Positions 9,350 through 21,100 of a stretch of 64,000 nt of DNA are shown piece after piece. The position numbers and the translations under genes were made by a program. The notes beneath the pieces are model-generated. The model saw only the letters and a list, made by a program, of their open reading frames with translations, was not told the origin of the DNA and made no database searches. Where the stretch lies: positions 278-64,277 of the forward strand of contig CALDIG010000303.1 of assembly GCA_937904375.1 (NCBI GenBank), given 5' to 3'. Numbering within the stretch: the stretch's first letter is position 1; each line of letters begins with the position of its first letter. Source of the stretch: an uncultured Prevotellaceae bacterium. GTDB taxonomy: Bacteria > Bacteroidota > Bacteroidia > Bacteroidales > Muribaculaceae.

Positions 9350-10714
9350 CTAGTCGACCCTTAAAAAGTTGGCTTTGAACAAGTCAAGACCTATGGGGGC
9401 AGTTGCAAAATCCATGGATTTTGTTGCTGTCCCCAGTTTTTTTGTCCAATATATGGCCATTTCGACAAGGCGCAAAAGAAGCCTCATGGCTCTTTTGAAG
9501 TTGTATGCGGCTGCAGCGAGCATCACGTTTATGTTGTCACCGAACACACCTTTGTAGAAGTTGCGTTCCATCCTGAAGTCGTGTTTGACGTGGCTTATTG
9601 TCGGCTCTATCCCGGCCCGCTTGCAGAAGAGCTCCCGTTTCTTCCGCTTCTTGTAGTAGGAGTCGTCTGCTTTCGGCGTGTCGGGGATGAGTATCTTCGT
9701 GCCGTTGACCTCTTTCTTGCCGCGGTAGCCCCTGTCGCTCGCAAGGTTCCTTATCTTCTGTCCAGTCAGCCTCTCCACTTGCTTGAGGCTGTCTTCTATC
9801 GTGTGGCCGTCATATTCGTTGCGGAACGAGAGAGCTCCGAGTATCAGTCCTGTTATGGAGCGCACAATCGACACCTTGTTGCCGAACTCATACTTCTTGT
9901 GGTCCTTTCCCTTGCTGATGCACTGCACGTCGGGCTCGTGGATTGAGTAGATCTTGTTCTTGTCGCCCCTCTTCTGGTTGACAACGCGGATGAAGATGTT
10001 TATCTGCTCGTCATACTTGTGGTTGTCGCCCAGGTTGCGCTGAAGCTCACGCAGCAGCCTGCCGGCTATCGTGCGCAGCCTCCTGTCGGCCTTGCGCGCC
10101 TTCTTCCAGTTCTTCGGGTGGTTGCGGAAACGCTGGTCACGGTAGAGGGCCTTGAGCGTGCGCCTGTAGCTCTGACGCAGAGGGAGCCCCTCGGCCTTTA
10201 CTATCTTCAGTATCTTGTCTACCACTTTCTTGAGCAGCTTGGCGTCCGTGGGGAACGTGACGTTCTTCTCCTGGACCGTCGAGTCGATGAACGCAGTCTT
10301 GTGGGTGTCCCTGTCATCATGGTCGTCATTGACGCGTATGCTCTCCGCCAGTATCAGCTCTATCCCCTTCTCGCCTATGCGGTGGCGGAAATGAACAAGC
10401 TCAGACGACGCGCAGGGAGCGGATGTGGTGAACTCGTCCATGCCGCAGAAGTACTGGTAGTAGGGGTTCTCGCTCCACTGCTCCACCACCGACTCGTCGG
10501 AGATGTCACGGACATGTTTGAGTATCAACAGGCCGCACATCAGGCGTATTGGCTTGCACGGGCGACCGTTCTCATTACAGTACAGTGGACTGAAGGCTTC
10601 CTCAAAACGGCTCCACTCTATCTTGTCGGCCAAGCGGAAGAGGGGGTGGCTGTGGTCGAGCATATCGCCCAACGAGGCGAACAGCGACGGCTTTGTGTAT
10701 GTCTTCTTTATCAT
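9350..10714 (-). CDS. IS5-family DDE transposase
   Basis: WSENPYYQYFCG, IDSTVQEKN, CISKGK..YEFGNK, DRGYRG, RAGIEP; start taken at MIKKTY. Confidence 0.92.
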   Translation of the reverse strand: MIKKTYTKPSLFASLGDMLDHSHPLFRLADKIEWSRFEEAFSPLYCNENGRPCKPIRLMCGLLILKHVRDISDESVVEQWSENPYYQYFCGMDEFTTSAPCASSELVHFRHRIGEKGIELILAESIRVNDDHDDRDTHKTAFIDSTVQEKNVTFPTDAKLLKKVVDKILKIVKAEGLPLRQSYRRTLKALYRDQRFRNHPKNWKKARKADRRLRTIAGRLLRELQRNLGDNHKYDEQINIFIRVVNQKRGDKNKIYSIHEPDVQCISKGKDHKKYEFGNKVSIVRSITGLILGALSFRNEYDGHTIEDSLKQVERLTGQKIRNLASDRGYRGKKEVNGTKILIPDTPKADDSYYKKRKKRELFCKRAGIEPTISHVKHDFRMERNFYKGVFGDNINVMLAAAAYNFKRAMRLLLRLVEMAIYWTKKLGTATKSMDFATAPIGLDLFKANFLRVD

Positions 10715-10829
10715 AATAATCTGCAAGATTTTGTATGCAAATTTACAAAACCTTGCAGACATACGCAATAGCCAAGATGTTATAATAAGTTAATAATCAA
10801 CCTGTTGCGACTTTATAAGGGTCGACTAG
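9350..10829 (-). mobile_element. IS5-family insertion sequence
   Basis: Inverted ends TAGTCGACCCTTAAAAAG / CTTTATAAGGGTCGACTA enclosing a single transposase; the CTAG/TTAG context makes exact ends ambiguous by a few bp. Confidence 0.9.
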
Positions 10830-10901
10830 CTAAATGCTTTAAGTCCCTTAGTCATAACATGCCGCCAATTTTTAACTCAACCAAATCTTTTCGGAAAGTA
10901 A

Positions 10902-10934
10902 TCGGCGAGTTGCAAAAAATAAGCAACTCGCCGA
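10902..10934 (-). terminator. Probable intrinsic terminator hairpin
   Basis: TCGGCGAGTTGC...GCAACTCGCCGA downstream of the DUF262 gene. Confidence 0.6.
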
Positions 10935-11000
10935 AATCTATTCAGTATTCTTTAGAGAAATTGTGACTAAATCAAGTGAGAAGTATTGAACAAGGAATTA

Positions 11001-13082
11001 TTATTCTTCTGGTTTGAGGGTTAGCACAATGTCATCAGTGACATCACCTTCGTTGAGGTGATATTTCTCTGCTACACGCCTCAATAACCGTATCTTGGTA
11101 TTTGTGTCTGTATTTAAATAAACATAAACATTATCGGCAACTTTGGTGCTATGATCAACTTCACTTCCCACAATGTATGACTCTACATTGTCGTTGGCCA
11201 GCTCAAACAACGGCTGTGGGTCAAGGTCAAACAATTGTTTTAACGCCCATATCATTGCCGTTTTCCATTCCAAAGTCGGTTTCTTAAATTCTACTCCCAT
11301 AATTGATATGCTACTCAATTGTTTATGGGTGAAATCAAAATCATCTTCATCAAGAGTCACTTGTTGAGACACTGCTGTAGTAGGGGTAAAATCGGTTTCG
11401 GGATACTGCCACAACTCCAATGCGTCTTTCACTAATATATTTCTACGCTCTTTAAGCTCCTTCTCAGTCCATTGGTCTTTGTTGCTGACAAATTTATTGA
11501 GATGCAATGTACTGTTATTATAGACAAGTTCTTTTTTCTTAGTGAAAGAAGAATTACTCAATTCGGAGTTATAGGCTGTCACTGTAAGATTTGCTATAGT
11601 GTGAACCCATTTATCATGAATGGTTGTCGCCTTGCTTAAATCTCCACCAAGCTCGCCTACCCAAGCCTCATTAAGAGTTTGTGGCATAATATGTTCAACA
11701 GAGAAACGTTTCTCGTTTTTTTGTACAGTCTGAAGCTTCTCGAATACATTGATTGTTTCTGCGTTATTCTTGCGCTCAAGACGGTCAAGAATATAGGAAC
11801 GAATGTAAGGACGCAAATTATAGACAGCACTTTCTCCAAAAGCTTGCTTGAACATTTCATCATTCGGGAATGTTGTGCTCATGTTTTTGAGTAAGTATAT
11901 CATCACCGATGAGTAGCTGATATCATTTGTTCCTATTAGTTTCATGATTCGCTGATGTAAACCAGCAAACATACTTCGCAGAGCATTTGTTTGGTAGCCG
12001 CAAATGGTACGGCGAAGCAGATAACTTTCAATTACTGACAACACATTTCGCAATTCTTCTATTGGCCATTGTTTCTCAACATAAAGGTTGTAGAAAGACA
12101 TCAAGAATGGTGTTGGAGTTGTAATATTGAGTCGATCAATTCTTTCTTTAATAAGGTTTGCTTGAGGGTCATCAAAATCATGAGTGATGAGCTTATTATA
12201 TATAGTTGCATATTTGAGCAAGCTGGACAAGATACTTTCGTTATTCTTGTCTTTTGCGAAATCTTTGAAAGCCTTGTAAATCTGATTGCTTTTCACTTTA
12301 CCAGCGTGAATCATCAAGAAATTAAAGATGAAATCTTCCAAATTGTTTTGTGCAAGTCTTTCAATCTTATACCAGTAGTTACGATAGAGGTGTTCCTGTT
12401 GGTCTGCAGGAATACCCATCAAGATATAATTTCTGATTTTATCAGATTCCTCAAGTGCTAGACCAGTAGAATTGAGGCTTTCAAAAATAAGTTGTGGGTC
12501 GTCACCTTGATCTGGTTTCAATTCAATAGAGATAATCTGTAATTTCTCTATGGCATCACTTAATTCAGTAAGTGTAAGCTCATGGTTGTTGATAATGCGG
12601 TCGTAAAAATACCTGTAATTGACAGTGACATTGGACTCTTTCTTATACATGTCTTCAGGGTCAAACACAAGAGAAGATAATGCCTCTTTGTCATCATTAT
12701 ATGGACGAAGACGCAATTTATTCACATCATCATCCTCAGCCACGATAAAATCTTCGTAAATGCGTTTACTCGTTCTGATATCTTTCTCATCTTGAAACTC
12801 TCCATGATTGACAGCATTGACCATTGCTATCATAATGAGTGAAACAGTGGTAAGACGTTGCTGACCATCAATAATAGTAAACGTTTTATTGTCATCATTC
12901 ACAGAAACGATACTCCCGAAGAAATGGGATTTCTTATTGTTCCGATGGACATCAACTAAGTCATCGTATAATTTCTTGCATTGCTCACGTTTCCAGTTAT
13001 AATTCCTTTGATATACAGGAATAACGAATCTTTTTCTTCTGCCCTCCATAAAATTATAGAGGTATTCTTCATTTCCAGTCAT
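11001..13082 (-). CDS. DUF262 + DUF1524 (HNH) protein, GmrSD-type modification-dependent restriction candidate
   Basis: IPVYQRNYNW, IDGQQRLTT, FESLNSTG, VEHIMPQ...IANLT...NSELSN. Confidence 0.88.
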   Translation of the reverse strand: MTGNEEYLYNFMEGRRKRFVIPVYQRNYNWKREQCKKLYDDLVDVHRNNKKSHFFGSIVSVNDDNKTFTIIDGQQRLTTVSLIMIAMVNAVNHGEFQDEKDIRTSKRIYEDFIVAEDDDVNKLRLRPYNDDKEALSSLVFDPEDMYKKESNVTVNYRYFYDRIINNHELTLTELSDAIEKLQIISIELKPDQGDDPQLIFESLNSTGLALEESDKIRNYILMGIPADQQEHLYRNYWYKIERLAQNNLEDFIFNFLMIHAGKVKSNQIYKAFKDFAKDKNNESILSSLLKYATIYNKLITHDFDDPQANLIKERIDRLNITTPTPFLMSFYNLYVEKQWPIEELRNVLSVIESYLLRRTICGYQTNALRSMFAGLHQRIMKLIGTNDISYSSVMIYLLKNMSTTFPNDEMFKQAFGESAVYNLRPYIRSYILDRLERKNNAETINVFEKLQTVQKNEKRFSVEHIMPQTLNEAWVGELGGDLSKATTIHDKWVHTIANLTVTAYNSELSNSSFTKKKELVYNNSTLHLNKFVSNKDQWTEKELKERRNILVKDALELWQYPETDFTPTTAVSQQVTLDEDDFDFTHKQLSSISIMGVEFKKPTLEWKTAMIWALKQLFDLDPQPLFELANDNVESYIVGSEVDHSTKVADNVYVYLNTDTNTKIRLLRRVAEKYHLNEGDVTDDIVLTLKPEE

Positions 13083-13192
13083 AATATTAATATTTTTCTT
13101 AATTGATTTTAGTATAGATAAAAAGGTGAAAATGTAACCTTTTTTATTAAGTTTTTTATTATTAAGAAGTTGGATAAGGAAAAACCACTAAT

Positions 13193-13675
13193 TTATATGG
13201 TTGCTATTCCAATCTTCGTTACAAAGTTAACAATTTGTTTCCAATTATGGGCATAACTCTGCAAGAAAAAATGAATTCGTCCATCAGGGTTCTTTAGCCT
13301 CTCGTCGTCCATCACAAAGCCCTTGACAAGATATTCCGACAGATGCCTTGTTGCCCATTGACGGAATTGAGTTCCCCGCAGGCCACGAACACGATATTCC
13401 ACCGCAATTATCATCTCAAGAGAGTAGAAAACGATATTGTAACTCTTGCCATCGGCGGCAGTTGTCAAATATTCTTTGACAACTGAGCTCTCGGTTAATT
13501 CATTCTCTTTCAGAATATTGATTATGTGATAGCTGATTGTTTGCTTAGAGGTGGCAAAAAGTTCTGCCATCTGTTGCTGATTAACCCAAATTTTGCCGTC
13601 GTGAGCATAGAGTGCTACTGATGCACGTCCATCGGCAGTGCGGTATATGATAATATTTTTCTGGTCTTCGTCCAT
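13193..13675 (-). pseudogene. RhuM-family protein, 3'-truncated
   Basis: QMAELF, YSLEMIIAV.YRV, TQFRQWAT, KGFVMDDERLK; family similarity stops near NPDGR and the ORF reads into the next gene's promoter region. Confidence 0.78.
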
Positions 13676-13687
13676 AGAGTAAAAACA

Positions 13688-13814
13688 TTACATGTTAAAG
13701 TAGTTGCTGCGGTCGAGGTTGCGGTAGCCGATGGCTTCCATGATGTGGTGCTGGCGGACGGTGACGCTGCCTTCGAGGTCGGCGATGGTGCAGGTTACTT
13801 TCAGGATGCGGTCA
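13688..13814 (-). pseudogene. comM/yifB 3'-end remnant, copy 3 (~127 bp)
   Basis: [41 protein letters not shown]; its 5' edge overlaps the TGA of the upstream ATPase. Confidence 0.9.
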
Positions 13815-14960
13815 AATAACCTTATTGTTCCATAAACGTTTCAGGAACTGCTCAACGGGCCACACTTCGATGTTGTTAAGTTTACGAGGTCGTTCTTCCA
13901 TTGAGAGCAAATAAAGCTTTGCATCGGGATATTCTTCACCGAAAGCTTTAATCCCTTTGGTGTCACTTGGTGATATGTTTTTTGACGATTTCACTTCAAT
14001 AGCCACCTTGGCTTGACCGATGACAGCATCCACCTCATATTTGTTGTCTAATGTATGCCAATATGAGAGAGTTTTATCTGGATGCCGATAAGAAAGATAA
14101 GCCCTTAATTCTTGAATTACCAAATGCTCCAGGGCGTGCCCATAAATATCTGTTCCCTGCTGCAATGGCACTCGATGTAATAGATGATTGGGTATGGCCA
14201 CGTCAAAGTAGTAGAACTTGGGTGATTGAATGACACGTCGCTTGATGACTTTTGTGTAAGATGGAAGATAGAATCCGAGCATGGTTTCCTCAAGAATAGA
14301 GAAATACTCCTTTACTGTCTTGGAAGAAATGCCACAATCACGAGCGATATTGGTGTAGTTGACAATCTCGCTGCTACTTAAAGCAGCGACCTGCAAAAAT
14401 CGAGTAAAAGAGTCCAGCCTTCTAACGATAGCCTCTTCCACGATTTCCTGCTGCAAATAGTCACCGATATATGATTGAATTCGCATCGTGGGATTATTCA
14501 TTAGATAATGATGTGGTAACATTCCATGATTTAAAGCTCTATTTAGGTCGAAGTCTGGTATCTCGGCACTAACAAGAGGGAATAAAGTCTTTCGCAATGC
14601 CCTACCACCAAGCAGATTTGCTCCACTACGACGTAATTTGCGAGCACTTGAGCCACTTAGAATAAACTTCAGCCCCTTGTTTTCTATTAGCCAATGTACT
14701 TCATCAAGCAGAGCTGGCACCTTCTGAACCTCATCTATAATTACCAGCTCTCCTTCGTCTAAAAGCTCACATTCTTCACGCAGCAAGGCCGGACGCAGTT
14801 GAAGCGACATGCGCACATCGCTTTTGAGCAAGTCATAAACTGTTGCTTCAGGAAAAAGCATTTTTAATAGCGTGCTTTTCCCGGTCTGCCTTGAACCCCA
14901 CAAGAACAGGCTCTCATCTTTGACTTCTTCTAACTTTAATATCCTTTCAAGCATAATCAT
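13812..14960 (-). CDS. AAA+ ATPase (AAA_14-like) with DUF4143-like C-terminus
   Basis: [40 protein letters not shown]; start may be 14954 or 14960. Confidence 0.9.
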   Translation of the reverse strand: MIMLERILKLEEVKDESLFLWGSRQTGKSTLLKMLFPEATVYDLLKSDVRMSLQLRPALLREECELLDEGELVIIDEVQKVPALLDEVHWLIENKGLKFILSGSSARKLRRSGANLLGGRALRKTLFPLVSAEIPDFDLNRALNHGMLPHHYLMNNPTMRIQSYIGDYLQQEIVEEAIVRRLDSFTRFLQVAALSSSEIVNYTNIARDCGISSKTVKEYFSILEETMLGFYLPSYTKVIKRRVIQSPKFYYFDVAIPNHLLHRVPLQQGTDIYGHALEHLVIQELRAYLSYRHPDKTLSYWHTLDNKYEVDAVIGQAKVAIEVKSSKNISPSDTKGIKAFGEEYPDAKLYLLSMEERPRKLNNIEVWPVEQFLKRLWNNKVI

Positions 14961-15097
14961 TTGGCATTTATGTCGTGGCAAAGTTACTACCGATTGTTCG
15001 GATATCCAAGAAAAATGCAGAAAAAATGAAGTAGAACTTCAAAAATTCGGTGAAAAATTGAAGTGCCACTCCCAAATTTCATCTTTTAAAAGAGGTG

Positions 15098-15284
<187 letters not shown>

Positions 15285-15286
<2 letters not shown>

Positions 15287-15314
15287 GGCACAACTACACG
15301 ATTATGTGGTGGGA
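15285..15314. other. Putative attachment/junction motif, copy 2
   Basis: ACGGCACAACTACACGATTATGTGGTGGGA, 29/30 identical to 17743-17772 and at the same comM breakpoint. Confidence 0.7.
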
Positions 15315-15387
15315 ATAGTTCTTTGTTTGTCACGAGGAAAATAAGGAAGCGTTTTTGCCGATTTTTATCTTATTTTCTCAATTTACA

Positions 15388-15421
15388 CCAAATAAGCACA
15401 AAATTTATTGCTTATTTGGCA
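15388..15421. promoter_or_regulatory. Palindromic operator-like site upstream of ATPase, next to TATCTTTG promoter motif (15431-15438)
   Basis: CCAAATAAGCA-CAAAATTTAT-TGCTTATTTGG; repeated just after the gene at 16939-16973. Confidence 0.6.
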
Positions 15422-15467
15422 TTTTTTTATTATCTTTGCGCAAAATTATAATACTTAAATATGCTTT

Positions 15468-16931
15468 ATGGAATATACAGAATTACTGGAAAAGCAGATA
15501 ATAGGAAGGCTTAGAATTGATAACCCTTGGTGGACGGAGGGAGCTGTTCGGCAATTCTATCAAGACATGAAGCCAAGATTGTATCTGGATATTTTTTATT
15601 CATTAGTAACTGATGTTGACTTGCAACGTGCTGTAGTTTTGATGGGGCCAAGGCGCGTGGGCAAGACTGTTATGCTGTTTCATACCATTTCACGGTTGCT
15701 TGCTGAAGGTGTTCCCCAGCAAAATATCATTTACATCTCGGTAGAAACTCCTATCTATAATAAAATATATCTTGAGCACCTTTTCAATCTCTCAAAGAAG
15801 ACTTTAGGTAAACCTGAGAATGATAAAGACCAATACTATGTTTTCTTTGATGAGATTCAGTACTTAAAGGATTGGGAAGTAAACCTGAAGTCACTTGTTG
15901 ACACTTACAAAAACGTTAAATTTGTGGCAAGTGGTTCGGCTGCTGCCGAGTTGAAAAAACGTAGCAATGAAAGTGGAGCAGGGAGGTTTACAGATTTCAG
16001 CTTGCCTCCATTGACTTTTTATGAATATATACATTTAAAAGGATATGAACAGCTTATGTATAAACAGAAGATGCAATGGAAGGAAACCGAAATTGATTGT
16101 TATGGTAGTGTTGACATTGACAAACTAAATGCGCTTTTTGTGGATTACATCAATTATGGTGGATATCCCGAAGTGGTATTCTCCGATAAAATACAGGAGA
16201 ACCCAGGCCAATTCATCAGGCATGATATTATTGACAAAGTGCTGTTGAGGGATTTGCCAAGTCTATATGGCATTAATGATGTGCAGGAACTAAACTCACT
16301 TTTTACCATGATTGCTTATCATTCAGGTGGTCAGTTTTCTTACGAGTCGATGTCGAAAGAGTCGGGTGTTAGGAAGGATTTGTTGAGACAATATATCGGT
16401 TATTTGGAGGCGGCTTTCCTTATTCGTAAGATACATAGAACAGATGACAATGCCAAAAGGTATCAAAGGGAAACAAGCTTCAAAATATACCTTACTAATC
16501 CATCACTGCGATGCGCTCTTTTCCAACCCATTAAGGTGAGTGATGAAGAGATTGGCAATTTGGTGGAAACAGCCGTTTTTGCCCAGTGGATACCACGCCA
16601 AGGTGTTGATATCTCATTTGCCAACTGGAGGTTAAGCAACAAGCAACAAGGCGAAGTGGATATAGTTGGCATAGATGCTGGCCTACAAAAGCCACAATGG
16701 GCTGTTGAAATCAAGTGGAGCGACCGATATGCTCAGAACCCAGGCGAACTTGAATCACTTCTATGGTACATGCCCAAGAACGGATTGACCGATGCCATTG
16801 TTACCAGTGAAACAGTGACTCTTACAAAGAAAATGCAACAAGTAACTCTTCACTTTATGCCAGTTGCTTGTTATGCCTACACTGTCGCTTCAAATACTCT
16901 AAAAAACACACGCATGATTTACGGGTTATAA
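15468..16931 (+). CDS. AAA+ ATPase (AAA_14-like) with DUF4143-like/nuclease C-terminus
   Basis: GPRRVGKT, FFDEIQY, ASGSAA, GAGRF, YGGYPE, EVDIV..VEIKWS. Confidence 0.9.
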   Translation: MEYTELLEKQIIGRLRIDNPWWTEGAVRQFYQDMKPRLYLDIFYSLVTDVDLQRAVVLMGPRRVGKTVMLFHTISRLLAEGVPQQNIIYISVETPIYNKIYLEHLFNLSKKTLGKPENDKDQYYVFFDEIQYLKDWEVNLKSLVDTYKNVKFVASGSAAAELKKRSNESGAGRFTDFSLPPLTFYEYIHLKGYEQLMYKQKMQWKETEIDCYGSVDIDKLNALFVDYINYGGYPEVVFSDKIQENPGQFIRHDIIDKVLLRDLPSLYGINDVQELNSLFTMIAYHSGGQFSYESMSKESGVRKDLLRQYIGYLEAAFLIRKIHRTDDNAKRYQRETSFKIYLTNPSLRCALFQPIKVSDEEIGNLVETAVFAQWIPRQGVDISFANWRLSNKQQGEVDIVGIDAGLQKPQWAVEIKWSDRYAQNPGELESLLWYMPKNGLTDAIVTSETVTLTKKMQQVTLHFMPVACYAYTVASNTLKNTRMIYGL

Positions 16932-16938
16932 TGCTGTT

Positions 16939-16973
16939 GCCAAATAAGCACGAAAATTCATACTTATTTGGCA
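16939..16973. repeat. Downstream copy of the ATPase-flanking palindrome
   Basis: GCCAAATAAGCACGAAAATTCATACTTATTTGGCA. Confidence 0.75.
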
Positions 16974-17042
16974 AACGTCACATATTGCACTGATTTTCAG
17001 TGTGATATTTTGGAAATTTAAGATAAGAGTATTAACTGTTTA

Positions 17043-17744
17043 CTACAGGTTGAAGTAGTTGGAGCGGTTGAGGTTGCGGTAGGCGATGGCTTCCATGACG
17101 TGGGGGGAGCGGACGGTGACGCTGCCTTCGAGGTCGGCGATGGTGCGAGCGACCTTGAGGATGCGGTCGTAGGCTCTCGCGCTCATGTTCATCTTGGTGA
17201 TAGCTTCGCGGAGTTTTTCCATTCCTTCGGCATCGGGTTCGGCATATTTGTGCAGTAGCGAGGGGGTCATCTGGGCGTTGCAGTGCACGCCGGGGTGGTT
17301 CTTGAATCGCAGGCTCTGGATGGCTCGTGCTTTGATGACTCTTTCCCTGATTGCTGCACTCGGTTCGCCTGGCTGCTTGCTCGACATCTGCTCGAAGTTC
17401 ACCGGCTGAACCTCCACCTGCAGGTCAATTCTATCCAGCAATGGGCCACTAATTTTGCTCATATATTGATGCCGCTGATGCGGCGTGCAGATGCACTGCT
17501 TCGTTGGGTGTCCATAGTATCCGCATGGGCACGGATTCATCGAAGCCACAAGCATGAACGAGGCTGGATAATCGATGCTGTACTTGGCTCGGCTTATGTT
17601 AATGTGGCGGTCCTCCAGCGGCTGGCGCATCACCTCTAAAACGCTGCGATTGAACTCTGGGAGCTCGTCAAGAAAGAGGACACCATTGTGGGCAAGACTG
17701 ATTTCCCCTGGCGTGGGATAAGTGCCGCCACCAACTAGGGCTAC
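17043..17744 (-). pseudogene. comM/yifB 3' portion, copy 1 (~700 bp, frame open, no 5' half)
   Basis: Collinear with 23974-24675 from VALVGGGTYPTPGE to NYFNL*; many synonymous and about 19 amino-acid differences by manual comparison. Confidence 0.93.
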
Positions 17745-17772
17745 GGCACAACTATACGATTATGTGGTGGGA
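17743..17772. other. Putative attachment/junction motif, copy 1
   Basis: ACGGCACAACTATACGATTATGTGGTGGGA begins exactly where comM homology ends. Confidence 0.7.
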
Positions 17773-18126
17773 TTTGTGATTTTTTTACTTTATTTACATT
17801 TTATCCTAATTCTTACTTTAATATCCCAAACAACTTATTGTAAAAATACTGAATTGTTAAAAAAAATCTGTTTAATATATGGGGGGTACTTTGTTTGTTT
17901 GAGACAAAAAAACAAGCAAACCCAAATTATATAAATAAAACATATGCAAAACAAGATAATTGTTGTAACTTTGCCATAACAATAAATAGTATATTTTTCT
18001 AAACATTAATTGTATAACCTTTTACCATTATTGAAAATATTAATCTCCTATATATAACAAAGAAAGTTTATACAAAATAATTAGATGATATTTAATATTA
18101 ATGATATAATTCTAACTTTTTGTTGT

Positions 18127-21100
18127 ATGCTGATACGAATTAAGAAAAATAACAAATGGGGGTACTATAATACTGAAAATGGCAATTATATCCCATGTGA
18201 ATATGCTAGTGCCAGCAAATTTATAAATGATGCTGCCATTGTTTCTAAAGATGATAAATATGGCATCATCGATACATCTGGCAATCAATTAGTACCTATT
18301 AGGTTCACAGAAATCACACTAGAAGAAAATGGATTATATAAAGTTTATAAAAATCATTTTTTCTGCTATTACAATTCTCTAGGAGAAATAGTCAACACTA
18401 TAGGGCATCCTCTAGATTCCTCAATTCAGCAATTCTCTCTTGCTCAAGAAATTGCAAAAGATATATTTCAGGTAATGACTGAAGATGAGAATTATTGTAT
18501 TGTAAATGGGCAAAAAACAATAATCAAGAAAGATTTTTATGAAGAAGTTTCTTTTTGTTCTGACAAATTAATACAATTAGGAAACACTTTGTATGACCTT
18601 AGTGGGAATACTATTATTTCCAGTATTTGGCAAGTTACAATTGTAACACAACAATATTTTATTGTTTCAGCTGGCAATTGGAATGATAAAAGATATGGTA
18701 TTATTGACAAACAAGGTAGTATTCTACTTCAATTAAATTACTCTAAGATAGAGTATCAGAAAGGGAATATTTTCATTCTTACTTTTAAGACAATCACAGG
18801 TGAAAATAAAATTTTATCTTTCGATGCAGGTAAACAAACATTTTTAATTGAAGATAATAATGAAACTATAGAAGTTCCAAACATAGTTGATTGGTGTGAT
18901 TCATTTAGTAATGGATTTGCCATTGTCTCAAAAAACAATCTATATGGTTATATAAATCGTGACAATATTATATGTATAGACTGTTGTTTTAATCAAGCAA
19001 AACGTCACAATGGTAATAATGGTGTTGTAGAGAAAGACTCTAAATGGTTTCTTACAGATAATAAAGGATACATCATTTCAGAAGGTTACGACTCTATTGA
19101 TGAGGCCAACAATAATTATTATATAGTTAGAAATAGGTCAAATTTTGGACTCGTCAATTCGACTGGAAGTATTGTGATTAATACAAAATATAGTGGTATA
19201 AAAGTATTAGCTGATGATTTATTTGAGGTCTCAACATTGGAAAGCGATGCCATAGGTTTGTTAGATTCACAAAATAGATTTATTATTTATTCAAATAATA
19301 AAGAAATTCATCTTCCCCCAAAATATGAATGGGTTGACAACTTTTCGGAGGGACTAGCGAGAGTTAAAGACCTCAATGGATACTATGGTTTTATTGACTC
19401 TACAGGAAAAGAAATCATAGAATGCAAACACATAGGAGTAGTATCTTCTTTTAAAAACGGTATATTTACGAAGACTCATACTGTGGTAGATCATGATACT
19501 AATAGAGCATTTTGGATACCAAGACCCAAAATCAATTTATCATCCTGCATTAACAAAGATGATGAATTTGTTGTAAAAGAATATAATCAGTTTGTCACAA
19601 TAAAAGGTGATTTTCAATTCGTTTCCGATCTAAACGACGGTTCTGCCTTTTTTTATGATGGCAAGCATTTCGGAATAGTTAATGATTGTGGGGAAATACT
19701 AAACGAACCAATATATGATAGTATTCTTTATTTGGATTATGGGTACTATAAAGTTAAGAAGAATAAATTATGGGGCATTGTTAGTTCAAAAGGTGATTGC
19801 ATATCAGAGTGTAAGTATGTTGATATTAAATTGGAAGGTCAATTTTTTAAAGTAAAATCTCAATATAATGATAATTATTTTAATATAAACACCTGTGGTT
19901 TCATTGTTACAAAAGATGATAAATGTGACATTTTTCTACCACAAATTTATGATTACGTTTGTAACTTTAAAGATGGATTTGCGAAAATCCAAATAGAAAA
20001 AAACTGGGGAGTAATAAATAGATTAGGAGAATTAGTAGTTCCATGTATTTATTCTTCGATAGGGAGCATTTATAATAATCATTTTTTCTGTACAAAAGAC
20101 AACAAACAATATCTTGTGTCATCCAAAGGCGAAGAAATTGCTTTGTCTGACTGCACAGAGGCAACTTATTATAACGACGATTGCATCGTAGTTGGTAAAA
20201 CATTCCCTAATAAAGATCACAACAATTATCATATAATCAACAAAAAGGGGGAGTATATTGCAGCTTGTTACTGCAAAAGTATTGGCCCATTTGTCGATGG
20301 TGTTGCCATTACAGAAGATGGTTACAATTATAATTATAAACTTGGCGCCATAAATGAAAGAGGAGAAACCATTATTGAGAACAAATGTATTTCTTTAATT
20401 TACAATTCTTATAATAAAACTTTTAATGTTGTTTTTGATGATTCACCCATAATTAATGGAAGAAGAGAACACTTAATCATAAATATAAATAAAGAAATTG
20501 TGGTTTTCAATGGTGATAAATCATATATAATTCCATCTGTTTATAAAATAGGAAGAAATTTCCACGATGGTTTAGCTGCTGTTGCAATAGAAAAAGAAAA
20601 ACATCAGGATAATAATTCATTATTATATAGAAATCCTTATTTTTTCCGCGACAAAAAGAAAAATGAAGTAAAGTATGCTTATGGTTTTATTAATATAAAC
20701 AGCAAACTAGTGATAGAATGCAAATTTGATTATGCTACTGATTTTAAAGACAAAGTATCCATTGTTTCAATTGAAGGGAAAAAGGGAATAATAGACCTAA
20801 ATGGTAATTTTATTATTGAACCTATTTATGAAGATATAGAATTTACCTCAACAAATTTATACAGAGTTAAAGAAAACGAAAAATGGGGAATAATTGACAT
20901 TAATAGTTCATATGTTATTCCAGCAGATTATTTAGCTATGGGTAATATTTCCGAAGGATTAGTTGCTGTAAAAAGGCTCACAACAGACAGCACAAACAAT
21001 CATAAAAAGAGAAGAAAAGGTGTTTATTTTGATGAAAGGTATAGGGAGAACATTCGTCGGAAAGCTCGCGAATCTCTCTGGGAATACATCGATCTAAATA

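Noticed and set aside
17043..17633. Independent 196-aa ATPase gene
   Set aside because: It is an internal-start ORF within the displaced comM 3' copy and lacks Walker A.
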